64,000 nucleotides of DNA from Butyricicoccaceae bacterium (GTDB taxonomy: Bacteria > Bacillota > Clostridia > Oscillospirales > Acutalibacteraceae): positions 1,805 through 65,804 of the forward strand of contig CAVHPJ010000010.1 of assembly GCA_963638085.1 (NCBI GenBank), written 5' to 3'. Position numbers and translations under genes: made by a program. The first letter of the stretch is position 1; every line of letters starts with the position of its first letter. Below are positions 38,091-47,992 of this stretch, one piece after another. The notes under the pieces were generated by a model. That model saw only the letters and a list, made by a program, of their open reading frames with translations, was not told where the DNA came from and did no database searches.

Positions 38091-38118
38091 AATATAGCAT
38101 GAAAAAACGGAAAAGCAA
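38091..38118 (-). promoter_or_regulatory. Putative promoter of the perR-like/rubrerythrin operon
   Basis: On the minus strand: TTGCTT, 16-nt spacer, TATATT. It partly overlaps the argD terminator stem. Confidence 0.4.
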
Positions 38119-38140
38119 GCATTTTTCTGCCGCTTTTCCG
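38101..38140 (-). terminator. Rho-independent terminator after argD
   Basis: On the minus strand: CGGAAAAGC-(15 nt)-GCUUUUCCG followed by UUUUUUC. Confidence 0.75.
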
Positions 38141-38209
38141 CATTTTATTAAAAATTAGACTGTGCTTACTGCTTTCTGGCGAGTCAGCCTTCTTCGTCTT
38201 TTACACAGC

Positions 38210-39382
38210 TTACGCTTTCAGCAGTCCCGCCATAATTTCTAAGCCCTTTTCCAGTTCTTCCTTGCTGATTGTCAGCGGCGGAAGCAGGCGCAGTGTGTTC
38301 TGACCGGCGGTCAGAACCAACAGGCCGCGCTCCATGAGTGCCTTGGCAAGGTCCTTGTTGACGACACCGTCCAGGCCGATGCCGATCATCAGGCCCATGC
38401 CCCGAACCGATGTAACAAAATCACAGTTCCAGGAAGCAATCTGCTGTCTGATATAGTCACCCTTTTTGGTAACTTCTGCAATGACGTCATCGGTCAAAAC
38501 GTCCAATACAACATTAGCAGAAGCACAAGCAACCGGGTTGCCCCCGAAGGTAGAGCCATGATCTCCCGGGCCCAAAACGTTAACCAGATCCGGGCTACAG
38601 ATAAAGCCACCCATTGGCAGTCCGCCTGCAATTCCTTTAGCAAAGGAAACTACATCCGGCTGAATTTCATAATTCATATAGGCAAACAGCTTTCCGGTTC
38701 TGCCGATACCGGTTTGTACTTCGTCAATTAACAGGAGCAGATCATGCTCCTTGCAATAGGCAGCTACCTTCTGAACATATTCTTTGTCCATTGGCATAAC
38801 GCCGCCTTCGCCCTGAATCAGCTCCAGCATAATGGCACAGGTGTCCTCTTTTACCTGGGCAATTAAGGCATCATAGTCATTGGCCGGTGCATAAGAGAAG
38901 CCCGGGGTAAATGGCATAAAGAATTCATGGAAATGATCCTGGCCCGTGGCCTTCAATGTGGTAATTGTTCTTCCGTGGAAGGAGTTCAGCAGGGTTAAGA
39001 TAGTGGATCGCCCGTCACCATACTTGTCAAAGCTGTACTTTCTGGCAAGCTTGACCATTCCTTCATTGGCTTCGGCTCCAGAGTTTCCAAAGAAAACAGC
39101 ACCCATACCGGTTCTTTCCACCAGCTTTTCTGCTACCTGTGCACATGGTGCGGTGTAATACAGATTAGAAATATGTGCCAGCTTGGAAATCTGCTCCGAA
39201 ACGGCGGCAATCTGCTTTTCATTGGCATAGCCAATGGAAGAAACGCCGATACCAGAGGTGAAGTCAATATAGGAATTGCCTTTATCATCATACAAAGTAG
39301 CACCCTTGCCGTGATCAATCAGAAGATCATTTCTGGCATAGGTGTGCATCACGTATTTCTGGTCCAACTCTTTAATATCCAT
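38210..39382 (-). CDS. argD: Acetylornithine aminotransferase
   Basis: Class III aminotransferase motifs (DEVQTGIGRTGK, SFAKG PLP-Lys context). The ATG at 39382 overlaps the argB stop (TAATG). Confidence 0.9.
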   Translation of the reverse strand: MDIKELDQKYVMHTYARNDLLIDHGKGATLYDDKGNSYIDFTSGIGVSSIGYANEKQIAAVSEQISKLAHISNLYYTAPCAQVAEKLVERTGMGAVFFGNSGAEANEGMVKLARKYSFDKYGDGRSTILTLLNSFHGRTITTLKATGQDHFHEFFMPFTPGFSYAPANDYDALIAQVKEDTCAIMLELIQGEGGVMPMDKEYVQKVAAYCKEHDLLLLIDEVQTGIGRTGKLFAYMNYEIQPDVVSFAKGIAGGLPMGGFICSPDLVNVLGPGDHGSTFGGNPVACASANVVLDVLTDDVIAEVTKKGDYIRQQIASWNCDFVTSVRGMGLMIGIGLDGVVNKDLAKALMERGLLVLTAGQNTLRLLPPLTISKEELEKGLEIMAGLLKA

Positions 39383-40266
39383 TATACTTTGTCCTCTCCT
39401 CTCCATATCATGGTGCCGATACCCTTGTGGGACAGCAATTCAATCAAAATGGAATGCGGGTTTCTGCCGTCCAGAATATGGGTTCGTTCTACGCCCATTT
39501 CCAACGCTCTTTGGCAGCAGTCCACCTTCGGGATCATGCCGCCGGTCAGAATGCCGCTTTCTTTTAGTTTGTCAATTTCATCTAAACGGATTTGGCGAAT
39601 CAGGCTGCTTGGATCCTTTGGATCCCGCAGAACACCTTCTACATCCGTCATCAGGATCAGTTTGGTTGCACCTACGGCAATGGCAATTTCTGCTGCCGCG
39701 GTGTCTGCATTAATGTTGTAACAGGTATTTCCGTCCAGTCCGGCTGCCACAGTGGAAACCACAGGAATGGCATCCTTGGCCAGAATAATTTTAATAATGT
39801 CCGGGTCTACGCCGACAATTTCGCCGACCAGGCCGTAGTCATAGCCGTCTCCTTTGTCCAGCTTTACGGCAGTAATGAAGTTATCATCCATACCGCAAAT
39901 GCCGACTGCATGACCTCCAACATGGTTAATCTTGGTAACCAGATTTTTATTGACTTTACCGGCCAAAACAGACTGTACCACATCCATAGTTTCTTCGTCT
40001 GTATAACGAAGTCCGTTGACAAACTTGGACTGATGACCGATTTTCTCCAACATAGCGTTGATTTCCGGGCCACCTCCGTGAACCAGGATGACCTTAATTC
40101 CGACCAAGGAAAGCAGTACTACGTCGTGAATGACTGCATCAAACAGATCGGGAGAAATCATGGCGTTGCCGCCGTATTTTACAACAACCGTCTTACCGGA
40201 ATACCGTTGAATGTAAGGCAACGCTTCTACTAAAATTTTTGCTTTATCAGCAGATGATATTTCCAT
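39382..40266 (-). CDS. argB: Acetylglutamate kinase
   Basis: VVKYGGNAM and VHGGGP motifs. AAGGAGG lies 8 nt before the ATG at 40266. Confidence 0.95.
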   Translation of the reverse strand: MEISSADKAKILVEALPYIQRYSGKTVVVKYGGNAMISPDLFDAVIHDVVLLSLVGIKVILVHGGGPEINAMLEKIGHQSKFVNGLRYTDEETMDVVQSVLAGKVNKNLVTKINHVGGHAVGICGMDDNFITAVKLDKGDGYDYGLVGEIVGVDPDIIKIILAKDAIPVVSTVAAGLDGNTCYNINADTAAAEIAIAVGATKLILMTDVEGVLRDPKDPSSLIRQIRLDEIDKLKESGILTGGMIPKVDCCQRALEMGVERTHILDGRNPHSILIELLSHKGIGTMIWRGEDKV

Positions 40267-40279
40267 TTGCCTTACCTCC

Positions 40280-41500
40280 TTAGGTGCGATAGTCGCCGTT
40301 AATTTTGACGTAATCATAGGTCAGGTCACAGCCCCAGCAGGTAGCTGTGCCATCCCCTTCCGCTAAAGAAATCTGAATAATAACTTCCTTTTCTGAAAGA
40401 ACCTTTGTGGCAAGCTCTTCGTCAAACGGAATTCCCTTGCCGCCTTCGCAAACCGGAACCGTACCGGCAGCGGAAGCAAAACTGATTTTGGCTCCGGACG
40501 GTTTGAATTCTGCGCCGGAATACCCCATGGCACAAAGAATTCTGCCCCAGTTGGCATCTTTTCCGAAAACAGCAGCTTTGGTCAAAGAAGAGGAAATAAC
40601 ACTCTTGCCCAACTGTTCTGCGGTGGCTTCATCCTTAGCGCCGCTTACTTCGCAAGTAATCAGGTGAGTAGCCCCTTCTCCATCTGCTGCCATTTCTCTG
40701 GCCAGCTCTACACAAAGGGCATTTAATACTTCCGTAAAGGTTTGATAATCTGCGTTCTTTTCTGCAATAGCCTGGTTTTCTGCCATGCCGTTTGCCAACA
40801 GAATGCAACTGTCATTGGTGGACATGTCCCCGTCTACACTGATACGGTTAAAGCTCTTGGAAACTGCTTCCTGCAAGGCTTCCTTCAGCAAATCTTTATG
40901 AATGGCAACATCCGTAGTCAGGTAGCAAAGCATGGTGCCCATGTGTGGGTGAATCATGCCGGAGCCCTTGGAAATACCGCCTAAGTGGCAGGTCTTTCCG
41001 CCCAGTTCAAATTCATAGGCCAGTTCCTTTTTTACGGTGTCGGTTGTCATAATGGCATGTGCCACATCATCCGAGCCGTTTGGATTCAGGCCGTGAACCA
41101 GTTCCGGAAGTGCTGCTTCAATGGCTTCTACATTTAAGCGGACGCCGATGACACCGGTAGAAGAAACCAGAACATCTTCTTCCCGCAAATTCAATGCTTT
41201 GGAAACCATCTGGCATTCCTGCGTGGCGGTTTCAATTCCTTCCGGGGCACAGGCATTGGCGATGTAGCTGTTTACAATGACTGCCTGGGCTACCCCATTT
41301 TCTAAGTGCTTCTGATCCAGAACAACCGGATCTGCTTTTACCAGGTTGCTGGTAAACAAACCGGCAGCACTACAAAGCACTTCGGAATAAATCAAGCCCA
41401 GATCCTTTCTGGACGGATTGGACGTTGCTTTAATACCGGCGTGCAAACCGTTTGCCAGAAATCCTTTAGCGGCGCAAATGCCGCCTTCTATCTTCTTCAT
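40280..41500 (-). CDS. argJ: Bifunctional ornithine acetyltransferase / N-acetylglutamate synthase
   Basis: ArgJ family, including the autoprocessing ATMLCYLTTD-type site (GTMLCYLTTD). AAGGAG lies 6 nt before the ATG at 41500. Confidence 0.95.
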   Translation of the reverse strand: MKKIEGGICAAKGFLANGLHAGIKATSNPSRKDLGLIYSEVLCSAAGLFTSNLVKADPVVLDQKHLENGVAQAVIVNSYIANACAPEGIETATQECQMVSKALNLREEDVLVSSTGVIGVRLNVEAIEAALPELVHGLNPNGSDDVAHAIMTTDTVKKELAYEFELGGKTCHLGGISKGSGMIHPHMGTMLCYLTTDVAIHKDLLKEALQEAVSKSFNRISVDGDMSTNDSCILLANGMAENQAIAEKNADYQTFTEVLNALCVELAREMAADGEGATHLITCEVSGAKDEATAEQLGKSVISSSLTKAAVFGKDANWGRILCAMGYSGAEFKPSGAKISFASAAGTVPVCEGGKGIPFDEELATKVLSEKEVIIQISLAEGDGTATCWGCDLTYDYVKINGDYRT

Positions 41501-41511
41501 GTTGTACTCCT

Positions 41512-42444
41512 TCATACCAGGCCTTCTGTTTCCGGGAAGCCTAACATCAGATTCATGTTCTGAACGGCTGCACCGGAAGCGCCCTTTCCAAGATTATCAA
41601 AGCGGGAAACCAAAACCATGCGGTCTTTGTTTCCGCAAACTGTAATTTCTAATTGATTGGTACCGGCAAACTGATTGGCTGACAAGAAGCCGTTTGTGGC
41701 AACTTCTTCTGCAACGGTAATCAACGCCGTATTACGATAGTATTCAAACAGCATATCCCGTATCTGTTCCGGCGTATAACCATGAACCTGGGAACCGTGA
41801 AGCGGAATGGAGACTTCCATACCCTTATAGTACTGATCTACAATGGGACAAAATACGGGAGCTTCTGTCAGTCCGCAAACCTGTTGCATTTCCGGCAGAT
41901 GCTTATGATTGCCGTTTAAGCCGTACTGACGGGGCGCATCCAGCGCCGCATCCCGGTCTGGCGCTTCATATTCGGCAATCATGCTTTTTCCGCCGCCGGA
42001 GTAGCCGGTCAGGGAAAAGGCCGTCAGCGGCGTATCCGCGGGAAGAATATCCAGTTTTACCAAAGGATACACAATAGAAATGAATCCGGTGGCGTGGCAG
42101 CCCGGATTGGCCACCCGTCCGGCATTGATAATGTGCTGTCTTCGTTCATAAGAAAGCTCCGGAAAACCATAGGCCCAATCCGGGTTTACGCGGTGCGCCG
42201 TGGACGCGTCAATGACGCGGGTGTCCGGATTTTCAATCAGGCTGACGGCTTCCCTGGCCGCCTGGTCCGGCAGGCACAGAAAGACTATATCAGCCCGATT
42301 TAAATACTCTTTTCGCAGGGCGGGATCTCTTCGTTGTTCTTCCGGAATCAACAAAAGCTGAATATCAGAACGGGAACCCAGGCGATCATAAATTTGCAGG
42401 CCTGTTGTCCCGGATTTTCCGTCTATGTAAACAATCGGTTTCAA
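41512..42444 (-). CDS. argC: N-acetyl-gamma-glutamyl-phosphate reductase (short form)
   Basis: GKSGTTGLQI NAD-binding motif and ANPGCHATG active-site Cys. GGGGAGG lies 7 nt before a TTG at 42444. The upstream ORF extension lacks an RBS. Confidence 0.9.
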   Translation of the reverse strand: MKPIVYIDGKSGTTGLQIYDRLGSRSDIQLLLIPEEQRRDPALRKEYLNRADIVFLCLPDQAAREAVSLIENPDTRVIDASTAHRVNPDWAYGFPELSYERRQHIINAGRVANPGCHATGFISIVYPLVKLDILPADTPLTAFSLTGYSGGGKSMIAEYEAPDRDAALDAPRQYGLNGNHKHLPEMQQVCGLTEAPVFCPIVDQYYKGMEVSIPLHGSQVHGYTPEQIRDMLFEYYRNTALITVAEEVATNGFLSANQFAGTNQLEITVCGNKDRMVLVSRFDNLGKGASGAAVQNMNLMLGFPETEGLV

Positions 42445-42475
42445 AAAAGGTCCTCCCCTGTTTTGTAGTATAGGT

Positions 42476-42504
42476 ATGATAATACAAAAGAACGGCATCT
42501 TCAA
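42476..42504 (-). promoter_or_regulatory. Putative argCJBD promoter
   Basis: On the minus strand: TTGAAG (42504-42499), 17-nt spacer, TATCAT (42481-42476). Confidence 0.4.
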
Positions 42505-42512
42505 GGTGTATT

Positions 42513-42526
42513 TGCATATAAATTCA
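42513..42526. promoter_or_regulatory. ARG box 1 (ArgR/AhrC operator)
   Basis: TGCATATAAATTCA versus the ARG-box core TGAATwwwwATTCA (one mismatch). Confidence 0.6.
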
Positions 42527-42544
42527 ATAAATTCCCAGTTTGTT

Positions 42545-42558
42545 TGAATATTTATTCA
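42545..42558. promoter_or_regulatory. ARG box 2 (ArgR/AhrC operator)
   Basis: TGAATATTTATTCA is a perfect match to the core TGAATwwwwATTCA. It is centred 32 bp from box 1. Confidence 0.7.
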
Positions 42559-42614
42559 ATTTATACTGCATATACATTGATTTATGCAGACTTAGGCAGC
42601 ATAAAACAGAAGTA

Positions 42615-42650
42615 ATGGGTCTGTTTTGCAACAGACCCATGTTTTTTATT
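42615..42650. terminator. Intrinsic terminator hairpin downstream of tyrS
   Basis: 11-bp stem ATGGGTCTGTT/AACAGACCCAT. The cleaner T-run (GTTTTTTATT) lies on the (+) side. On the (-) side the hairpin is followed by UACUUCUGUUUUAU, so it probably acts bidirectionally. Confidence 0.7.
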
Positions 42651-43899
42651 CCATGCTTACCTTATGGTAAACTTTTTTACCCTTCTTCAGAACAATACCG
42701 GCTTTCAGTGCATCCTCTGCAAAGGTGGTGAACGGATCTGTTACCTTGTCACCATCTACGGAAATGCCACCCTGCTGTACCAAACGTCTGCCTTCGCCCT
42801 TGGAAGAGCAAATACCGGTCTTTACTAACAGGTCAAGTACCGGAATGGCACCCTCAGTTAAATCAGCACTTGTTAAAACTGTGCTTGGCATATCTTCGGA
42901 ATTACCGGCGCCGGAGAACAGGGCTCTTGCTGTATTCTGTGCCTTTACAGCCTCTTCTTCTCCGTGAACCAGTTTGGTCAGTTCATAAGCCAGAATTTCT
43001 TTGGCGGTATTCAGCTGACTGCCTTCCCAGGAATCCATAGCATCAATTTCTTCCAGCGGAAGGAAGGTCAACATACGGATGCATTTCAAAACGTCGCCGT
43101 CTCCGACATTTCTCCAATACTGATAGAATTCGTATGGCGAAGTTTTTTCCGGATCCAGCCAAACAGCACCGGATGCAGTCTTGCCCATCTTCTTTCCTTC
43201 CGAGTTCATCAGAAGGGTAATGGTCATGGCATAGGCATCCTTGCCCAGCTTCTTTCGGATCAGTTCGGTACCGCCCAACATGTTGGACCACTGGTCGTCC
43301 CCGCCAAATTGCATATTGCAGCCATATTCCTTGAACAGATGATAGAAGTCATAGGACTGCATAATCATATAGTTGAATTCTAAGAAGGAAAGTCCTCTTT
43401 CCATGCGCTGTTTATAGCATTCTGCACGGAGCATATTATTAACAGAGAAGCAGGCACCAACATCCCGTAGGAGCTCAATATAGTTTAACTTTAACAGCCA
43501 GTCGGCATTGTTTACCATAATGGCCTTGTCCGGTCCAAATTCAATAAACCGTTCCATCTGCTTCTTAAAGCAGTCACAGTTGTGTTGAATGATTTCCGGG
43601 GTCATCATGGAACGCATATCAGTCCGTCCGGACGGGTCACCAATGTAACCGGTACCACCGCCAATCAGAACAACCGGGGTATTCCCTGCCATCTGCAGAC
43701 GCTTCATCAGGCAAAGAGCCATGAAGTGACCAACATGAAGGCTGTCTGCAGTCGGGTCAAAACCAATATAGAATTTTGCTTTACCGGCATTGACCAATTC
43801 CCTGATTTCCTCTTCATCCGTTACCTGGGCAATCAAGCCACGGGCAACCAGTTCTTCATAGATTTCTATCGAACTCATCCTTTCTTTTTTGCGATTCAT
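42646..43899 (-). CDS. tyrS: Tyrosine--tRNA ligase
   Basis: HVGH (HIGH) and KMGKT (KMSKS) motifs plus a C-terminal S4-like domain. The start is ambiguous (43899 or ATG 43878) and neither has a good RBS. Confidence 0.95.
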   Translation of the reverse strand: MNRKKERMSSIEIYEELVARGLIAQVTDEEEIRELVNAGKAKFYIGFDPTADSLHVGHFMALCLMKRLQMAGNTPVVLIGGGTGYIGDPSGRTDMRSMMTPEIIQHNCDCFKKQMERFIEFGPDKAIMVNNADWLLKLNYIELLRDVGACFSVNNMLRAECYKQRMERGLSFLEFNYMIMQSYDFYHLFKEYGCNMQFGGDDQWSNMLGGTELIRKKLGKDAYAMTITLLMNSEGKKMGKTASGAVWLDPEKTSPYEFYQYWRNVGDGDVLKCIRMLTFLPLEEIDAMDSWEGSQLNTAKEILAYELTKLVHGEEEAVKAQNTARALFSGAGNSEDMPSTVLTSADLTEGAIPVLDLLVKTGICSSKGEGRRLVQQGGISVDGDKVTDPFTTFAEDALKAGIVLKKGKKVYHKVSME

Positions 43900-43937
43900 C
43901 AGATGCTAAATTAATGTAGCTGTTTGCCTTTGAAAAG

Positions 43938-45620
43938 TCAAGTAGCTACGGTATTTTTTGCATGTTGTAGCAGCTCTTTTGCACTTTCTTTTTGCAGGTC
44001 TGTAATTTCTACGCCGCCCATAATTCGGGCCAGCTCCTGAATTCGTCCATCCGTATCTAGTGGCTGAACACGGGTATAGGTTTTTCCGTCCTGCACTTCC
44101 TTATATAAGAAGAAGTGAGCCTCTGCATAAGCGGCCACCTGTGCACTATGGGTAATACAGATAACCTGGTGCTTGTTGCTGACAGCTTTCAGCTTAATGG
44201 CAATTTTTTCCGCCGCGCTGCCGGAAACACCGGTGTCAATTTCGTCAAAAATCAGGGTGGCAACATTACCCTTGTCCGACAGGACATTCTGAATGGCCAG
44301 TAAAATCCGGGAAAGTTCGCCGCCGGAGGCTATTTTGGCCAGGGGTTTCAAGGATTCACCAGGATTTGGACTGATTAAAAATTCAATCTGATCGGATCCG
44401 GTTGGATTCAGTTTGCACCGGGTAAAGCTGGTGGACAGTTCCACATGCGGCATGTCCAAAAATTGCAATTCCTTTTGAACCCGGACTTCAAAGTCAGATG
44501 CCGCATGGCTTCTGGCCAAATGCAACCGATCGGCGGCGGCCAGTAATTGCTCTTTTCGTTGTTCCAGTTCTGCAAGGACCTCTTCCCGATTGGAGCCAAG
44601 CCCCTGCAGGGATTGTAATTCTTCTTCGGCGTCCGCCAGATAAGAAAGCATGCTTTCTTCGTCCGGACCATATTTTAATTGTAGCTGATGCAAGTAGCTA
44701 AGGCGTTCTTCTACCTCTGCCTGCTGTTGCGGATTATAGTCTGCCTGCAGCAAAGTAGTTTCAATGTGAGCTTTCAAATCCTGTGCGGCATAAGCCAGGT
44801 CATTGGCTTCCTGTAACAGGGCGGAAGCTTCTTCTAAATGGCCCGCCGAACCTTGTAATGCATTGACTACATTAAACAGGAGCGTCAGTGCACCATTGGT
44901 TTCCTCCCCATCTGTCAGAGCTGCTTCTGCGCGATGTAGTCCATCCAAAACCTTTTCCGCGTTGCGGAAAAAGTCTCTTTTCTTTTTTAGTTCGTCATAT
45001 TCTCCAACCGTAATCTGTGCCGTTTGCAACTCCTGCACTTCAAATTGCAATGTTTCTATGCGGCGTTGCCGTTCCTCCGCACCAGATTCCAGCTGGCGGA
45101 AATTACGATAAAGCCGGGAATAGGCTTCATATTCTTTCAAATAAGCTTGATGAACGGGTTCTAAACCACCCAGTGCATCCAGATATTGATAATGGTATTC
45201 CGGATTCAGCAGATTTTGGGAGTCATGCTGTCCATGAATACTAATCAGCGTTTTTCCAATGGCCTTCAGCATGGTAACCGTAACCGGGGTTCCGTTTACC
45301 TTACAGATATTTCTTCCGTCTTCCCGAATGCCACGGGAAATCTGTAGAGCGCGGTCAGACGGGACCGAAAGGCCAAACTGTTGTAATGCTTCCAGGGTGT
45401 CGTCCGAAACCTGTTCAAACAACGCAACCACCGTTGCGCCGGAGGCACCGGTTCGAATTAAGTCTTTGGACGTTCGTTCCCCCAGGACCGCACTTAAAGC
45501 GTCAATAACAATGGATTTGCCAGCGCCGGTTTCGCCGCTCAGGACGTTTAGGCCGGGACAAAAATCCATTTGGGCCGCTTCAATAATGGCAATATTTTCA
45601 ATGGTAAGACTACTGAGCAT
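43938..45620 (-). CDS. recN: DNA repair protein RecN
   Basis: GETGAGKS Walker A, a long coiled coil, the SGGELSR signature and Walker B FDEID. Confidence 0.95.
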   Translation of the reverse strand: MLSSLTIENIAIIEAAQMDFCPGLNVLSGETGAGKSIVIDALSAVLGERTSKDLIRTGASGATVVALFEQVSDDTLEALQQFGLSVPSDRALQISRGIREDGRNICKVNGTPVTVTMLKAIGKTLISIHGQHDSQNLLNPEYHYQYLDALGGLEPVHQAYLKEYEAYSRLYRNFRQLESGAEERQRRIETLQFEVQELQTAQITVGEYDELKKKRDFFRNAEKVLDGLHRAEAALTDGEETNGALTLLFNVVNALQGSAGHLEEASALLQEANDLAYAAQDLKAHIETTLLQADYNPQQQAEVEERLSYLHQLQLKYGPDEESMLSYLADAEEELQSLQGLGSNREEVLAELEQRKEQLLAAADRLHLARSHAASDFEVRVQKELQFLDMPHVELSTSFTRCKLNPTGSDQIEFLISPNPGESLKPLAKIASGGELSRILLAIQNVLSDKGNVATLIFDEIDTGVSGSAAEKIAIKLKAVSNKHQVICITHSAQVAAYAEAHFFLYKEVQDGKTYTRVQPLDTDGRIQELARIMGGVEITDLQKESAKELLQHAKNTVAT

Positions 45621-45632
45621 AGGTCTTTCCTC

Positions 45633-46091
45633 CTAGGCAAGAATCCGTTCCCGGAGTTCCTGACAAAAGGCTTCTGCCCGTTCTTCAGTCCGGCACAAAA
45701 CAAAAATGGTGTCATCTCCGGCAAGGGTTCCGACAACCCCTTTAAAATCCAGTGCGTCCAGTGCGGCGCCGGCAGCGCTGGCCATGCCGACATGCGTTTT
45801 TACAACGCAGGTATTCAAGGCATAGTCCACCGAAAGAACAGCTCCGGCTAAAATGCTGTCATACCGTTCTTGGTGCAGTTCCCGATCCGTAGTGCCGATA
45901 CTGTAATAGGACTTTCCGTCACTACCGACTTTTTTTACTAATTTCAATTCCTTTAAATCCCGGGAAATGGTTGCCTGCGTTACCTGCATGCCATCCTCTG
46001 TCAGGTGACGAATCAGATCATCCTGGGTGGAAATCTGACAATCAGTAATCAGCTTTAAAATGTGTGCCTGTCGTTCCTTACGTGCGTTCAT
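45633..46091 (-). CDS. argR: Arginine repressor
   Basis: Winged-helix N-terminus (ATISRDLKEL) and C-terminal GTLAGDDTI arginine-binding motif. Confidence 0.9.
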   Translation of the reverse strand: MNARKERQAHILKLITDCQISTQDDLIRHLTEDGMQVTQATISRDLKELKLVKKVGSDGKSYYSIGTTDRELHQERYDSILAGAVLSVDYALNTCVVKTHVGMASAAGAALDALDFKGVVGTLAGDDTIFVLCRTEERAEAFCQELRERILA

Positions 46092-46094
46092 GAA

Positions 46095-46958
46095 TCAGTC
46101 CTCCGTTTTGGACATTTTCTTTTTCAGAATTTCAAAAAAGTTTTCATGCTTTATACGAATAAAATTGGCATAACGAAGGGATTTATAGACCTTTATAATA
46201 TCTCCCTTTTTCAATTCTACAGAGGGTTCTCCATCTACGGAAAGAAGTAAATCCGTATATCTTGCCTCTTCTCCACAGGTCAGAGTCAGCCGATTATTCG
46301 GATTGAATACAATGGGTCTGGAAAATACAGAATGAGCGCAAATAGGAGTAACAACAATGCCTTCCAATTGCGGATCAATAATCGGGCCGCCTGCGGAAAA
46401 CGTATAGGCAGAAGAACCGGTTGGCGTGGAAACAATAATGCCATCTGCATGGTAGGAAGCAATATGGCGGCCGTCACAGGCAAGGTCTAAATCGCACATG
46501 CGCATTTCAATGCCACGGGCAACCACCACGTCATTAATAACGTGGTTGGAGTAGACCTCTTCCCCTTCCCGATAAACGCTGACTTCCAGGAGCATGCGAT
46601 GGTCTTCGGTATAATCTCCGTCAATCAGTTTCTTCAGCAACGAAAGCTCATCACTTTCTAAGCCTGCCATAAAAGCAAGACGACCGGCGTTGATACAAAG
46701 CACCGGTTTTTTATAATCAACAATACTTTTGGCGCAGGTCAGCATGGTGCCGTCTCCGCCAACGGAAATAACGGCGTCACACCAAACCACCAGCTCCGGA
46801 AATTCCATAAACCGGATGTTTGGAATTTCATCTGCCAGGTTTCGGTCAAAGGTGCGAAAGGCAAATTCCGCACCATAAACTGTTAGCCACTGACAAATTT
46901 CCTTGGTGACTGCCAATGCTTTTTTTCTTGTTAAATTCGGAATAATGGCTACTTTCAT
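46095..46958 (-). CDS. nadK: NAD kinase
   Basis: GGDGT motif and the STPTGSSAY motif. GGAGA lies 6 nt before the ATG at 46958. Confidence 0.9.
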   Translation of the reverse strand: MKVAIIPNLTRKKALAVTKEICQWLTVYGAEFAFRTFDRNLADEIPNIRFMEFPELVVWCDAVISVGGDGTMLTCAKSIVDYKKPVLCINAGRLAFMAGLESDELSLLKKLIDGDYTEDHRMLLEVSVYREGEEVYSNHVINDVVVARGIEMRMCDLDLACDGRHIASYHADGIIVSTPTGSSAYTFSAGGPIIDPQLEGIVVTPICAHSVFSRPIVFNPNNRLTLTCGEEARYTDLLLSVDGEPSVELKKGDIIKVYKSLRYANFIRIKHENFFEILKKKMSKTED

Positions 46959-46983
46959 TTCCGTTCTCCGTTTCATGCTGTGT

Positions 46984-47793
46984 TTAAGCGTTCAAAGCCT
47001 GATGGGACTCCTCCGTTAAACTGCTAATGGGAAAATCTATCTGATTTTCCGGTTGCTCCGCTTTTTCCAACAGCATTAAATATTCAATATTTCCTTCCGG
47101 CCCTTTAATGGGAGAATAGGTCAGGCCCAACAAAGAGAATCCGGTTTCCAACGCAAATGCGGTAATGGTTTCCACCACTTCCGTATGAACTGCAACGTCC
47201 CGGACAACCCCCTTCTTGCCGACCTTTTCTTTCCCCGCTTCAAATTGCGGTTTAATCAGACAAACGGCCTGCCCGTGATCTTCCAATAAAGTGTGCAATA
47301 CCGGAAGGATTTTTTTCAATGAAATAAAGGATACATCCACACTGGAAAAGCCGATTTTGTCCGGCACCTGCTCCGCTGTTACATAACGGAAATTGGTGCG
47401 TTCCAGGTTGACAACCCGTTTATCCGAACGAAGCTTCCAGGCCAGCTGGCCGTATCCCACGTCTATGGAATACACCTTAACTGCACCGTTTTGCAGCATA
47501 CAGTCCGTAAATCCCCCAGTGGAAGCGCCTACATCCATACAAATTTTTCCGTCCAAAGACAGGTTCCAAAGTTGCATGGCTTTTTCCAGCTTCAAGCCAC
47601 CACGGCTGACATAAGGAAGCTTGCTTCCACGCACTTCAATTTTATCTTCCGGCTTTATTGGGGTTCCGGCTTTGGTTTCCTTTTGGCCGTTGACATAGAC
47701 CTGACCGGCCATAATCAGGGCCTTGGCTTTTTCCCGGCTGTCCGTATGGCCTTCTTCAAAGACAGCCAGATCCAAACGTTTTTTCTCACTCAT
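46984..47793 (-). CDS. tlyA: TlyA family 16S/23S rRNA (cytidine-2'-O)-methyltransferase
   Basis: N-terminal S4 domain (KKRLDLAV...SREKAKALIMAGQV) and the FtsJ-like DVGASTGGFTD motif. The ATG at 47793 overlaps the xseB stop (ATGAGTGA). An alternative ATG lies at 47808. Confidence 0.85.
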   Translation of the reverse strand: MSEKKRLDLAVFEEGHTDSREKAKALIMAGQVYVNGQKETKAGTPIKPEDKIEVRGSKLPYVSRGGLKLEKAMQLWNLSLDGKICMDVGASTGGFTDCMLQNGAVKVYSIDVGYGQLAWKLRSDKRVVNLERTNFRYVTAEQVPDKIGFSSVDVSFISLKKILPVLHTLLEDHGQAVCLIKPQFEAGKEKVGKKGVVRDVAVHTEVVETITAFALETGFSLLGLTYSPIKGPEGNIEYLMLLEKAEQPENQIDFPISSLTEESHQALNA

Positions 47794-47989
47794 GCGTTTC
47801 TTCTGCACTCTCTTCCGTTCTGGAAATTTTCAGTTCTGCCGCATCCAGGGTCTTGTTGCAAAAAGCGGCCAGCTTGGTGCCTTCTTCAAAAAGCTGCAAA
47901 GAATCATCCAGGCCTAACTCGCCTTTTTCCAGTTTGGCTACAATTTCTTCCAAACGGGCAATTGCAGCTTCATATGTTAATTCTGCCAT
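47786..47989 (-). CDS. xseB: Exodeoxyribonuclease VII small subunit
   Basis: TYEAAIARLEEIVAKLE...L..SL.LFEEG pattern. Confidence 0.9.
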   Translation of the reverse strand: MAELTYEAAIARLEEIVAKLEKGELGLDDSLQLFEEGTKLAAFCNKTLDAAELKISRTEESAEETHE

Positions 47990-47992
47990 GCG

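Noticed and set aside
43900-43937. Expected T-box leader upstream of tyrS
   Set aside because: Only 38 nt separate the recN stop from the first tyrS ATG. That is far too short for a T-box, and no specifier or T-box sequence is visible.
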